DNA from: Gemmatimonadales bacterium
GTDB taxonomy: Bacteria; Gemmatimonadota; Gemmatimonadetes; Gemmatimonadales; GWC2-71-9
Assembly: GCA_050733015.1 (NCBI GenBank)
Contig: JBOHSB010000025.1
Coordinates: 1 to 50,612, forward strand
Reading direction: 5' to 3'
Length of the DNA: 50,612 nucleotides
The position numbers and the translations under genes were made by a program. Positions within the stretch are counted from its first letter, which is position 1; each line of letters opens with the position of its first letter. Under the pieces are notes generated by a model. That model did no database searches. It had not been told where the DNA came from and worked only from the letters and a program-made list of their open reading frames with translations. Below are positions 16,920 through 25,743 of this stretch, in pieces.

Positions 16920-17278
16920 TGCGCCGCACCGGTCTGGTCCTGAGCTGGCTGGTCATCCTGTTCTGTCTGTTCGATGGGGGAGCCCGCCTCGCGGGATTCG
17001 CCCCCTACGTGCAAGGCATGCCCAAGTTCGGCTATGACGTCGCGCTGGCGCCCTGGATCGGGCTCAGCCTCCTCGTCTCCACCATTCTCTATGCCGTCCC
17101 CCGTACCGCGGTGCTGGGCGCCATCCTGCTGACCGGTTACCTGGGCGGCGCCGTCGCGACCCAGGTGCGGGTGGGCGACCCGTGGTTCCTCTTTCCCGCG
17201 GTGATGGGCGCGCTGGCCTGGGCCGGCTTGTGGTGCCGGAACCCGCGCGTACGCGAGCTGCTGCCGTTGGTGGGATGA
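16919..17278 (+). CDS. DoxX-like small membrane protein
   Basis: TGATG overlap with the preceding gene. Four hydrophobic segments. LTGYLGGAVATQVRVGDPWF is typical of the DoxX-like family. Confidence 0.65.
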   Translation: MRRTGLVLSWLVILFCLFDGGARLAGFAPYVQGMPKFGYDVALAPWIGLSLLVSTILYAVPRTAVLGAILLTGYLGGAVATQVRVGDPWFLFPAVMGALAWAGLWCRNPRVRELLPLVG

Positions 17279-17383
17279 GCGGATCGGAATAGCCACTGCG
17301 TCAGTGGCCAGAGAGGTGCCTGCCATTACGCGAACACCACCGCCCAAGGTCGCATCTCTCGGCGGCGCTATAGGGCCCTCCTG

Positions 17384-17851
17384 TCAGGCTTCCGTCGCGG
17401 CAACGAGCTCCTTGAGAGTCGCCACGAACGCCGCCGCGCGCGACGGTGAGAGCCGGCTGAGGTACCGGGCCTCCAGCTCCGCGCGCACCTCACACGCAAC
17501 CTGCAGGAACGCGCGTCCGCGCTCCGTGGGTTTGGCGAGGACCGCGCGCCGGTCCAGCGGATCGGCCACGAGGGTCACGAGGCGCTTCGCCGCCATGTCC
17601 CTGGCCAGCCTCCCCGCGTACTGCTTGGTCGTCTTCAGGGCCGAGGCCACGTCCGACAATCGCGTACCGGTCTCCTCCGTCTCGCACAGGAACTGGACGT
17701 GGGACAGCATCAGGCCCTTCCAGCCGCGCGTCGCGTACCCTCGGTTGGCAGCCTCCTGAAAGCGCCGATACACGGTGCCGAACGCCCGAGCCGGCGAGTC
17801 GGCCATCTCCCGTCGCAGCTCCGACCAGGCAGGGCGGCGTCCCCTTGACAT
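17384..17851 (-). CDS. MarR family transcriptional regulator
   Basis: Winged-helix region LSDVASALKTTKQYAGRLARDMAAKRLVTLVADPLDRRAVLAKPTERG. Confidence 0.9.
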   Translation of the reverse strand: MSRGRRPAWSELRREMADSPARAFGTVYRRFQEAANRGYATRGWKGLMLSHVQFLCETEETGTRLSDVASALKTTKQYAGRLARDMAAKRLVTLVADPLDRRAVLAKPTERGRAFLQVACEVRAELEARYLSRLSPSRAAAFVATLKELVAATEA

Positions 17852-17863
17852 ATAGTAAACCTA

Positions 17864-17902
17864 GGTTAGTAATTGGTAAAGTGAGTTGACTAAATACTAA
17901 CC
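17864..17902. promoter_or_regulatory. 8-bp inverted repeat GGTTAGTA/TACTAACC in the AT-rich divergent intergenic region (candidate MarR operator)
   Basis: Read directly at 17864-17871 and 17895-17902. TTGACA at 17845-17850 with TAGTAA 16 nt downstream could be a plus-strand promoter. Confidence 0.35.
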
Positions 17903-17922
17903 CACCAACCGGACCGCTGTCC

Positions 17923-18762
17923 ATGAAGATCACCGCCCTGTCGACCGGACTTCTGCGCCTCAAGCCCACCTTCCTCGAGGGCAGCCCGGCCCACGGCGGC
18001 CCGGTCGGCCTGATCCGCGCGCTCCGGCGGGATCCACGCTGGACTGCACCATTGCCGATGTGGTCCTGGATCATCGAGACGGGGACCGAACGGATCCTGG
18101 TCGACGCCGGGGGCCGGCCGGGCCTGGGCGGCGGACCGACCAGAACCAGCTTCCAGATCTCGCCGGCCCAGGCGCTGGTTCCCGAGCTGGCTCGTCGGGG
18201 CCTCGCGCCGGGCGACTTCGACCGCGTGCTGCTGACGCATCTCCACGCCGACCATATCGGAGGACTTGCGGCGTTCGACCAACGGCGGGTGTGGGTGGCC
18301 AGACAGGAATGGGCTCCGGTGGCCCGTTTCCCCGGTCGCCTGCTTCGCTTCCTGACCGCCCCAGTGCCCCGGGGCTTCGTTCCCGGTCTCTTCGACTTCG
18401 ATGGCCCCGCCGTGCTCGGGTTCCCACGGAGCTGGCGGGTGACGTCGGACGGCTCGATCGTCGCGCTGCCGACGCCGGGACATAGCCCAGGACACACGAG
18501 TTTCCTCGTGCGAAGGCCGGAGGGAGACGTGTTGCTCGCCGGGGACGTGACGTATGACCTCCCGGCCCTTCACGACCGGAGAGACCAAGGCTTCATTGCG
18601 AAGGTCGAGGAGCATCGCCAGACCCTGTCTCGAGTGCTGTCCCTCGTGCAGGGGGGTGTTGCTTACCTGCCGAGCCACGATCCTGAGTCGCCCGCGCGGC
18701 TGGCGGGGCGCACGTCGGGGCAGGAGCGGGCGGCGGAGGGAGTTGGTGCGGGGGGCGCCTGA
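17923..18762 (+). CDS. MBL-fold metallo-hydrolase (N-acyl-homoserine-lactonase-like)
   Basis: HLHADHIGG (HxHxDH) motif, with later TPGHSPGH and D...H ligands. Confidence 0.85.
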   Translation: MKITALSTGLLRLKPTFLEGSPAHGGPVGLIRALRRDPRWTAPLPMWSWIIETGTERILVDAGGRPGLGGGPTRTSFQISPAQALVPELARRGLAPGDFDRVLLTHLHADHIGGLAAFDQRRVWVARQEWAPVARFPGRLLRFLTAPVPRGFVPGLFDFDGPAVLGFPRSWRVTSDGSIVALPTPGHSPGHTSFLVRRPEGDVLLAGDVTYDLPALHDRRDQGFIAKVEEHRQTLSRVLSLVQGGVAYLPSHDPESPARLAGRTSGQERAAEGVGAGGA

Positions 18763-18786
18763 AGCCGGTCACCGTGCGCCCTGGGT

Positions 18787-21354
18787 TCAGTCCTTGGGCG
18801 CCGTCAGCGCCACGAAGTCGCGCCGCTTCCTCAGCGGCACGAAGGCCGGGTCGAGATGGATCCACCCCGGCCACGCCCCCGCGTCGAGCGCCTCGCGTGT
18901 GCGCGCGACGGCGCTGTCGGGCCGGCCGCGCAGCACGGCCAGCCGGGCACGATAGACCAGCGCGGACCAGCCGACCCGCGCGACCGGCTGGACGGCCAGC
19001 CACCCATCGAGGCTGTCCGCCCGGGCCGTATCCTCCCGCTCGGCCGCGAGCGTCGCCAGCTCGCCGACCACATCCACGTTGCTGGAGTCCTCCAGCAGGA
19101 GCTGGCGCGCCACCTGTTCGGCATCGGTCCGCGCGCCCGCCATGTCCAGCGACCAGGCGGCCACCAGCCGCTCCTCGAACGTAGCGCGCTCGTCGGGGGG
19201 CCGGCTCCGATACCAGGCCACCGCGCGCTGGGCCGCCTGGCGGGACGCGATCGTGTCGCCGTGCACCGCCAGCTCGCATCCCACCCACCAGGCGATCCAC
19301 GCCGGCGTCGCCGAATATTCGGGGCGCCCGTCGGTGTAGGGCCCGAGCCCAAGGTCGTTGGCGGTTTCGACCGGAAGCGTCATCGCGGTGTCGAGCAGCG
19401 CCAGTACCGCGGTGGGCCGTGACAGCGCGGCGAGCGCGGCAGCCCGCAGCCACGCCCGGGTGAGCGGAGCGCCCGGCGTCATGCGGTCGGTCACGGCCAG
19501 CTCCTCCCGGTAGCGTCCGAGGGCATGGAGGGCTCCGGTGAGGCCGGCCCAATACGAGACGTGGGTCGAATCGGTGCTCCACGCCAAGTCCACGGCGGGG
19601 TTGACGCGCCTGAGCAGCTCCAGCTGCAGCCCCGGGCGGTTGGCCCAGCTCGCCGCGGCGGCGGCGGGGCCCAGATCGGCGGGGGAACGCGGGTCGAGGT
19701 CGGCGCGCTCGAGCGTGAGCCGGAGCATCTCGTCGTTCCGGGCGCGGCACCTCGCGTCGATGATCCGGAGCGTGAGCCGGTCTTTTCGGTCGAGGGCCGG
19801 CTTCCGCTCGCCCAGCGCGCGCCCGATGGAGTCGCTGAGATCGCAGCGATTGTAGTTCGAGGCCGTCATCGAGGCGGCCAGGGCGGCCGGGTTGAACACC
19901 GTATCGCGATGCGCCGCGTCGAGGAACAGGCGCTCCGCCCGCTGGCCGTCGCCATGCCAGAACGCGTCCCATCCGTCCACGTAGTCGCGGTACGCCTCGA
20001 ACGGCGGGACCTCCGCGCCGCGGATGTCCATCGTGGCGCGCACCTCCACCGCGGCCGCGACCGCGCTCATCACCCGCGACCGCAGCTCGTCCAATCCGAC
20101 CACCGGATTGCGCGCGCTGGACCGGATCGGTCCCACCACGGCCGCCAGCCGGCCGGTCTTCGCGTTGGTGACCGCCGCGTTGAAAAACAGGGTGTCGCCC
20201 GTGCGGAAGTAGCTGCCCGCCACCAGCACGGTCGCGCCGGTACGGCGCGCGAGCGTGGCCGGGTCGGCGGCGTTGCTGCCGGGGAGATGACTCTGCACGT
20301 ACACCGCCCGCGGGTCCACCACGTCCACCATCTCGACCTGGATGATGCCCTGCGCGAGCCAGTCCTGGGCCATGCGGCCCACCGACGCGAGGGCCGAATC
20401 GCCGGTCCGGTTTTCGAAGACCTCGACCAGCACCCGCGCGCGAGGGGCGGCCGACCGGTGCGCGGCGCTCATGGCACGAACCCCGGCCAGGCCCGCAACC
20501 GCGGCGATGCCCGCCACGGCCGCGACCAGCGCGCGGCGGCGGCGCGGCGCCGAGGATGACCGCGGTGACGCGGGTATCACCGCCGCCGAGTCGGAGCGCG
20601 CGCCGACACGGACGGCCGGGGCCGGCTTCCGCCCTCCGTCCTTGATCCGCGACGCCAGCGCCAGGGTCTCGCCGCTCGGCGTCGCGTCGAACTCCGCCGC
20701 CAGCCGGCGCGCGGCCGCGTCATATAATCGAAGGGCGCCGCCCGTGTCGCCGCCCTGGTCGAGCAGCGTCATCGCCCGGCGGAGCCACCCTTCGTCGCCC
20801 GGTGCCAGCGCGCAGGCGCGCTGGGCCCACCCCGCCGCGCTCAGCAGGTTGCCCGTCTGTTCCTCGCGCTCCACCAGTCCCCTGAGCGCCCGCATCACCA
20901 GCTCGCCCACGCGGCGCCGCTCCGCCGAGAGCCACTCCTCGAAGGCCTCGCCGGCATTGGCCACGTGCAGGCCGGCGAGCAGCTCGCCCCGGAACGCCTC
21001 CACCGCTTCCTCATAGCGTCCCGCCGTCACGGCGTCCGCCAGTCGGGTCACGTCGCAGGTGAGCCGGGCCGGATCCACGGCTACGGCGTCGTCGCCCCGG
21101 GTCACGATGACCCCGTCGCCCAGCGCTTCCCGCAGATGGTAGAGGGTGTTCCGCAGCGCCCGCCGCGCGGCGAACTGGTCCATCTCGGGCCAGAACATCG
21201 CGGCCAGGCTGTCGCGTCGGTGGTATCCGGTGCCGGCGCCGATCGCGAGATAGGCCAGGAGCGCAAACCGTTTCGGCTGCGCGGGTAACGAGCCGAGCTC
21301 CCGCCCGTCCGGGCCGCGGACGGCATGGGGGCCCAGCAGGCTGAGCTCGATCAT
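18787..21354 (-). CDS. membrane-anchored SARP/BTAD regulator fused to a TolB-like + helical-repeat sensor
   Basis: N-terminal winged helix + BTAD: MIELSLLGPHAVRG...KRFALLAYLA...RRALRNTLYHLREAL...EAFRGELLAG. TM segment ALVAAVAGIAAVAGLAGV. Then VLVEVFENRTGDS. ATG at 21354; the upstream part of the track ORF is not protein-like. Confidence 0.85.
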   Translation of the reverse strand: MIELSLLGPHAVRGPDGRELGSLPAQPKRFALLAYLAIGAGTGYHRRDSLAAMFWPEMDQFAARRALRNTLYHLREALGDGVIVTRGDDAVAVDPARLTCDVTRLADAVTAGRYEEAVEAFRGELLAGLHVANAGEAFEEWLSAERRRVGELVMRALRGLVEREEQTGNLLSAAGWAQRACALAPGDEGWLRRAMTLLDQGGDTGGALRLYDAAARRLAAEFDATPSGETLALASRIKDGGRKPAPAVRVGARSDSAAVIPASPRSSSAPRRRRALVAAVAGIAAVAGLAGVRAMSAAHRSAAPRARVLVEVFENRTGDSALASVGRMAQDWLAQGIIQVEMVDVVDPRAVYVQSHLPGSNAADPATLARRTGATVLVAGSYFRTGDTLFFNAAVTNAKTGRLAAVVGPIRSSARNPVVGLDELRSRVMSAVAAAVEVRATMDIRGAEVPPFEAYRDYVDGWDAFWHGDGQRAERLFLDAAHRDTVFNPAALAASMTASNYNRCDLSDSIGRALGERKPALDRKDRLTLRIIDARCRARNDEMLRLTLERADLDPRSPADLGPAAAAASWANRPGLQLELLRRVNPAVDLAWSTDSTHVSYWAGLTGALHALGRYREELAVTDRMTPGAPLTRAWLRAAALAALSRPTAVLALLDTAMTLPVETANDLGLGPYTDGRPEYSATPAWIAWWVGCELAVHGDTIASRQAAQRAVAWYRSRPPDERATFEERLVAAWSLDMAGARTDAEQVARQLLLEDSSNVDVVGELATLAAEREDTARADSLDGWLAVQPVARVGWSALVYRARLAVLRGRPDSAVARTREALDAGAWPGWIHLDPAFVPLRKRRDFVALTAPKD

Positions 21355-21484
21355 GGACGTGTCCGAATGTAGGGCCCGCTCCGTCGCGCGGCAAACGACG
21401 CCTGAGCGACGGCTGGACGACGCACGCCGCCGCAGGTTGCCGCCCGAAACACCGCACCCCACCCGTTTCGACGAGGAGGACTCG

Positions 21485-22582
21485 ATGCGCCGACTCATCC
21501 TGGCCGTCGCGGCCGTGGTGCCGCTCGGGGCCTGCGGCGGCGGCGTCTCGTCCCGCGGCCACCATCCCTGCTCCCTCATGACCGGCGCCGAAACCGCGGC
21601 CTACGTGGGCCCGCTCGCCAGCCCGCCCTACCGCGCGAGCGACGGGGCCGCGGACGCCAGGGGAGACGAGTGCATGTACCACGGCAAGGACGGCCGCGAG
21701 GTCGCCCTCCGCCCGGAGTGGGAGGGCGGGGCGCTCACGGGCAAGGTGCTCCAGGGCGTCCCCGACGCGCTCGGCGGCGTGCTCGGCAAGGCCGCGCCGG
21801 GCCTAGACAGCATGACCCACATGGTGATGAAGCCGGAGTCCGGCGGTCCCTGGGACAAGGCGACCTGGATTCCCAGCGGGGCGCTGTTCGCCAGCAAGGG
21901 CCCGGCGCAGGTCCAGGTGGACGTGAGCGGCGCCAGTGGAAAGGAAAGCGACGCGCTCGCCATCGCGAAGATCGCCGTGCCGCGCCTCGCCCATCCGCTC
22001 GACTACGACGGCGCCGAGGCGGTCGCGCTCGCGCCCAGGGCGACGGCCCATCCGGCGCGCGCCTGCGACATGGTGCCGCGCGCGGCGATCGAGGCCGCCA
22101 TCGGCCCGCTCGACGGCGCGCCCACGTCCGACGCACCCGAGACGGAGTGCACCTGGCGGGTCCACAGCCCGGAGGGCGAGCGCACCTACGCGGTCGGGTT
22201 CGTGTGGCAGGGTGGCGGGAAGAACTACCGGATGCTGACGCACGGGATGTCGATGGTGGGCGGGATGCTCGGGATGCCCGGCGGCGCCTCGGCGCTCGAC
22301 TCGATGAAGCTGCCGCCGAACGTGCAGTCGATGGTCGGCGGATTCATGAAGTCGCTCGCCGGCAGCTCGGAGGGCGGCGGCTCCGGCAGCGCGACCGGGG
22401 CCGTCGGGACCGTCGGCTTCAAGACCGACACCGCCCTCAAGGGCCCGTGGGACAACGCGGCGCTGCTGCACGGTACCCAGCTCGTCGCGGTGCGTCACGA
22501 CGTGTTCGTCGGCATGACCCTCACGTCGGCCGACTACGAGAAGGCCAAAGCGCTCCTGGGTGCGATCTGCTCCCGGCTGTGA
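21485..22582 (+). CDS. hypothetical lipoprotein with an internally duplicated Cys-containing domain
   Basis: GAGGAGGA RBS. Lipobox MRRLILAVAAVVPLGAC. Two similar segments: PCSLMTGAETAAYVGPL...ECMY and ACDMVPRAAIEAAIGPL...ECTW. Confidence 0.7.
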   Translation: MRRLILAVAAVVPLGACGGGVSSRGHHPCSLMTGAETAAYVGPLASPPYRASDGAADARGDECMYHGKDGREVALRPEWEGGALTGKVLQGVPDALGGVLGKAAPGLDSMTHMVMKPESGGPWDKATWIPSGALFASKGPAQVQVDVSGASGKESDALAIAKIAVPRLAHPLDYDGAEAVALAPRATAHPARACDMVPRAAIEAAIGPLDGAPTSDAPETECTWRVHSPEGERTYAVGFVWQGGGKNYRMLTHGMSMVGGMLGMPGGASALDSMKLPPNVQSMVGGFMKSLAGSSEGGGSGSATGAVGTVGFKTDTALKGPWDNAALLHGTQLVAVRHDVFVGMTLTSADYEKAKALLGAICSRL

Positions 22583-22656
22583 CCGTCCGACGCCACCGGC
22601 CCGGTCACGCTCGACCTGACGTTTCTAAGGGCCGCATAACAAACTGAGGAGCACCC

Positions 22657-23829
22657 ATGCACGGACCACGAAGACGTTTCGACTTGCTGGGGACGGGACT
22701 CCGGCGCCTGGCCCCCGTCCTCCTGCTGCCGGCGCTCGCCTGCTCGCCGGCACGCGGAGCGACCGACAGCGTGACCCCGCCCCACACCCGGGTCTACTAC
22801 ATCGCGGCCGACGAAGTGCCCTGGGACTACGACCCCGGGAGGCGCGACGAGATCGCCGGCCGGCCATACGCCGATTCCGCCTTCTTCGCGGGTGCCCGCC
22901 CATCGCCGGTCAGCACCGTCTACCGGAAGGTGCTCTACCGGGCGTACACCGACAGCACCTTCCGGACGCTCGAGCCCCGGCCGCCGCAATGGGCGCACCT
23001 CGGCTTCCTCGGCCCCGTGATCCACGCGGTCGTCGGCGACACGATCCGCGTCGTGTTCCGCAACAACGCACACCGGCCGTTCAGCATGCACCCGCATGGC
23101 GTGTTCTACGGGAAGGACTCGGAGGGAGCGCCGTACCACGACGGCGGCAGCGACGGGCGGACCGGCAACGGCGTGCCGCCGGGCGGGACCTTCGTCTACT
23201 CATGGCCGGTGCCCGAGCGCGCCGGCCCCGGACCGATGGACGGCAGCTCGGTCCTCTGGATGTATCACTCGCACGTGGACGAGGTTCGGGATATCAACAG
23301 CGGCCTGCTCGGCCCGATCATCGTCACCGCGCGCGGCATGGCCCGGCCCGACGGGACCCCCCGGGATGTGGACCGCGAGATCGTCGCGGCCTTCGCCCAG
23401 GTGGAGGAGAACCTCAGCTGGCTCACGGACTCGAACAAGGCGAGCCAGCACCTCCCGGGCGATGCGGCGCACGCGAGGCCCGTCCCCAACCCGTCGGAGA
23501 CCGACGCGGGCTACCCATGGTTCGTGAAGTTCACCATCAACGGGTACATCCATGGCAGCCTGCCGCTCGCCGACCTCACGCTGCGGCAAGGCGAGCGGGT
23601 ACGGTGGTACGTCATGTCCTCGACCAACGACTTCGACGTGCACGCCCCGCACTGGCACGGCAATGACGTCCTCGTGGGGGGCATGCGCACGGATGTGCTC
23701 TCGCTCCCGTTCATGGGCATGGTCGTCGCCAACATGGTGCCCGACAACCCGGGCATCTGGCTGTTCCATTGCCACGTGTCGTTCCACAACTCGGCCGGCA
23801 TGGCAGTGCGGTACCGCGTGACCTCCTGA
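22657..23829 (+). CDS. two-domain multicopper oxidase (ceruloplasmin-like cupredoxin repeats)
   Basis: Cu ligand motifs: HPHG, YHSHV, HAPHWHG, HCHVSFHNSAGM. WDYDP motif. N-terminal RRRFDLL and LPALAC suggest a Tat/lipoprotein signal. Confidence 0.9.
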   Translation: MHGPRRRFDLLGTGLRRLAPVLLLPALACSPARGATDSVTPPHTRVYYIAADEVPWDYDPGRRDEIAGRPYADSAFFAGARPSPVSTVYRKVLYRAYTDSTFRTLEPRPPQWAHLGFLGPVIHAVVGDTIRVVFRNNAHRPFSMHPHGVFYGKDSEGAPYHDGGSDGRTGNGVPPGGTFVYSWPVPERAGPGPMDGSSVLWMYHSHVDEVRDINSGLLGPIIVTARGMARPDGTPRDVDREIVAAFAQVEENLSWLTDSNKASQHLPGDAAHARPVPNPSETDAGYPWFVKFTINGYIHGSLPLADLTLRQGERVRWYVMSSTNDFDVHAPHWHGNDVLVGGMRTDVLSLPFMGMVVANMVPDNPGIWLFHCHVSFHNSAGMAVRYRVTS

Positions 23830-23881
23830 TGGCGGATCCGCACGCCGACTCCGGGGCAAGAGGCTCACGCCAGGGTTGATA

Positions 23882-24328
23882 TCAAGGTTCCGTTTCCTGG
23901 TGCCCGGGCTCGGAGATCCGCTCGACCACCCGTCCCAGCTCACTCTCGCTGACCGCCTTGTCCCTCACCGCGAGATCCGCCTGAGCGATCATGCCTACGC
24001 AGTCCCCCCGCCCGTCAACCACCGGCACCCGCCGTACCTGCGCCTGCATCATGATCTGCTCCACCGCCGCGACGTCGTCCTCCGGATGGCAGGACCGTGG
24101 GTCGGTGGTCATGACCTCCTTGACCAGCGTCTCCGGCCCTCCGCCCTGGGCGACGCACCGGCAGGCGATGTCGCGATCGGTCACCACGCCGATCAGCCGC
24201 ATGGCGCCCTGCTGGACCACCGCGATGCATCCGCAGTCGTGCTCCAGCATGAGCTGTGCTGCGTCGCGCACGGTGCTCTCGGGCGTACAGCACGCCGGCG
24301 CCTTGGTCATCAGTTCCTGGGCCTTCAT
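23882..24328 (-). CDS. CBS-pair domain protein
   Basis: Two CBS motifs: LIGVVTDRDI and CVGMIAQADL. Confidence 0.9.
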   Translation of the reverse strand: MKAQELMTKAPACCTPESTVRDAAQLMLEHDCGCIAVVQQGAMRLIGVVTDRDIACRCVAQGGGPETLVKEVMTTDPRSCHPEDDVAAVEQIMMQAQVRRVPVVDGRGDCVGMIAQADLAVRDKAVSESELGRVVERISEPGHQETEP

Positions 24329-24828
24329 GGAAGCCTCCTTTGGACAGCGGTAAATCTGCCGCGCAGAACCTTCGCCTCCCCCGCGGTGGCCCGCGCTTCA
24401 TAGGTGCCGCTCAGAGAATCACCGGACAGCCGGGCCTCGGTCCGCGTCACGACCTCGGTCCGGAGGGTGGGGCTGCGGTGCCGCTCCGACTCGTACACCA
24501 GCGAGCTGTCGCTTAGTGAGACGAGCTTCACCGCGTACTTCTCACCCGACCGGAACGCGATCTGCCCCGTGAGGCCACCTCCCGGAGATCGACTCCAGGC
24601 GAGGGTGAATCCCTGCGGGCGGGTGCCGCCCGAGTCGTACCCTTGGGCCTCCCAGGTACCGATGAGGCGGGCGGCCATGGCGGCGGTGTCCGGCGCGGCG
24701 GCAGCCGGAGCAGGGGATGCCGCGGGCGCGGCGGGTGTGGTATCGGCGGGCGATGCCTCGCGACCCTTGTCCGCCCGGCCGCAGGCGGCCGCGGTCAGCA
24801 GGGCGCAGAGCAGGAAACGCATACTCAC
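24325..24828 (-). CDS. hypothetical lipoprotein
   Basis: Lipobox LLCALLTAAAC. 4-nt overlap with the CBS gene start. Confidence 0.6.
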   Translation of the reverse strand: MSMRFLLCALLTAAACGRADKGREASPADTTPAAPAASPAPAAAAPDTAAMAARLIGTWEAQGYDSGGTRPQGFTLAWSRSPGGGLTGQIAFRSGEKYAVKLVSLSDSSLVYESERHRSPTLRTEVVTRTEARLSGDSLSGTYEARATAGEAKVLRGRFTAVQRRLP

Positions 24829-24850
24829 CTCTGAAGTCGCGTCGGCCTCG

Positions 24851-25318
24851 TCAGGCGCTCACCGCGAAGTGCAGCATCTGCGGCTGCACCAGCCGCTCGA
24901 AGTCGCGGTAGGACATGCGCACCAGCTGGGTGTGCGAGCCCGCGTTGAACGCGATCTCCTCGTCTTCCGCCAGGGTGTCCGCCACATAGACGTCCATCTC
25001 GTACAGGTTGCCGAACGGCGGCATCGCGCCCGGCTCACATTCGGGGAACCGGTCCCGAAAGACGTCCTCCCTGGCCAGGGTCACCCGCTGCGCGCCCAAC
25101 GATTCCCGCAGCTGCTCGAGCTCGACCTTCTGTGAGGCCGGCAGGACTGCCATGGCCAGCCTGCCGTCGATCTCCACGATGACGGTCTTGGCCAGCTCTT
25201 GTCCGGGGATGTGGGTCGCCGAGGCGACCTCCTGCATGGTGAACGCGGGGGAATGCTGGATGACGACGTACTTCACGAGGTGGTAGTCGAGGTATTCTCG
25301 AAGCGCCTGGACCGGCAT
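24851..25318 (-). CDS. YbaK/EbsC-type aminoacyl-tRNA deacylase-like domain protein
   Basis: AAGGAGGA RBS before the ATG at 25318. AKTVIVEIDGRLAMAVLPASQKVEL...GAMPPFGNLY...IAFNAGSH resembles the YbaK fold family. Confidence 0.7.
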   Translation of the reverse strand: MPVQALREYLDYHLVKYVVIQHSPAFTMQEVASATHIPGQELAKTVIVEIDGRLAMAVLPASQKVELEQLRESLGAQRVTLAREDVFRDRFPECEPGAMPPFGNLYEMDVYVADTLAEDEEIAFNAGSHTQLVRMSYRDFERLVQPQMLHFAVSA

Positions 25319-25418
25319 AGGTCCTCCTTGAACCGGGTCCATCCCGAATCTGCCACGCTGTACCGGCCCACGCCACATCCTCAGGGCAGGTGAACCCGCG
25401 CCGGCCGCGGCCATACCG

Positions 25419-25511
25419 GGCGGGTATGACGCCGGTCTCCTTGGCCGCCGACCTCTGGCCGCGCTGAGGCACGATCGGAAGGTCGCGATCAAGGTGTTGC
25501 GGCCGGAAATT
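25419..25511 (+). pseudogene. short relic of a Ser/Thr kinase N-lobe
   Basis: 25470-25508 encodes HDRKVAIKVLRPE (compare HDRKVAVKVLRPE at 1921-1959). It is preceded by a degenerate GG...-type stretch. There is no start codon and no continuation. Confidence 0.45.
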
Positions 25512-25743
25512 GATCACCGCGCGGTCTCCGGCGGCCCTCCCCTTGACGCCGCCGGACCGCCGAGTCTTCTTGTGTCTGCCAGCTCCCGCCGGCTCCCGGG
25601 GGAGCCCTGGACCTTCCCGCGCCAACCAGACACACCATGCTCCGCACCACGCTCCGTGGATGTTCGGCATGTCGGCCAGCCCGTCGCATCGACGGCCGGG
25701 CGGCGGCTGCCCTGCCGCGCCCGAGAGAAGGAGGGGTCACGCC

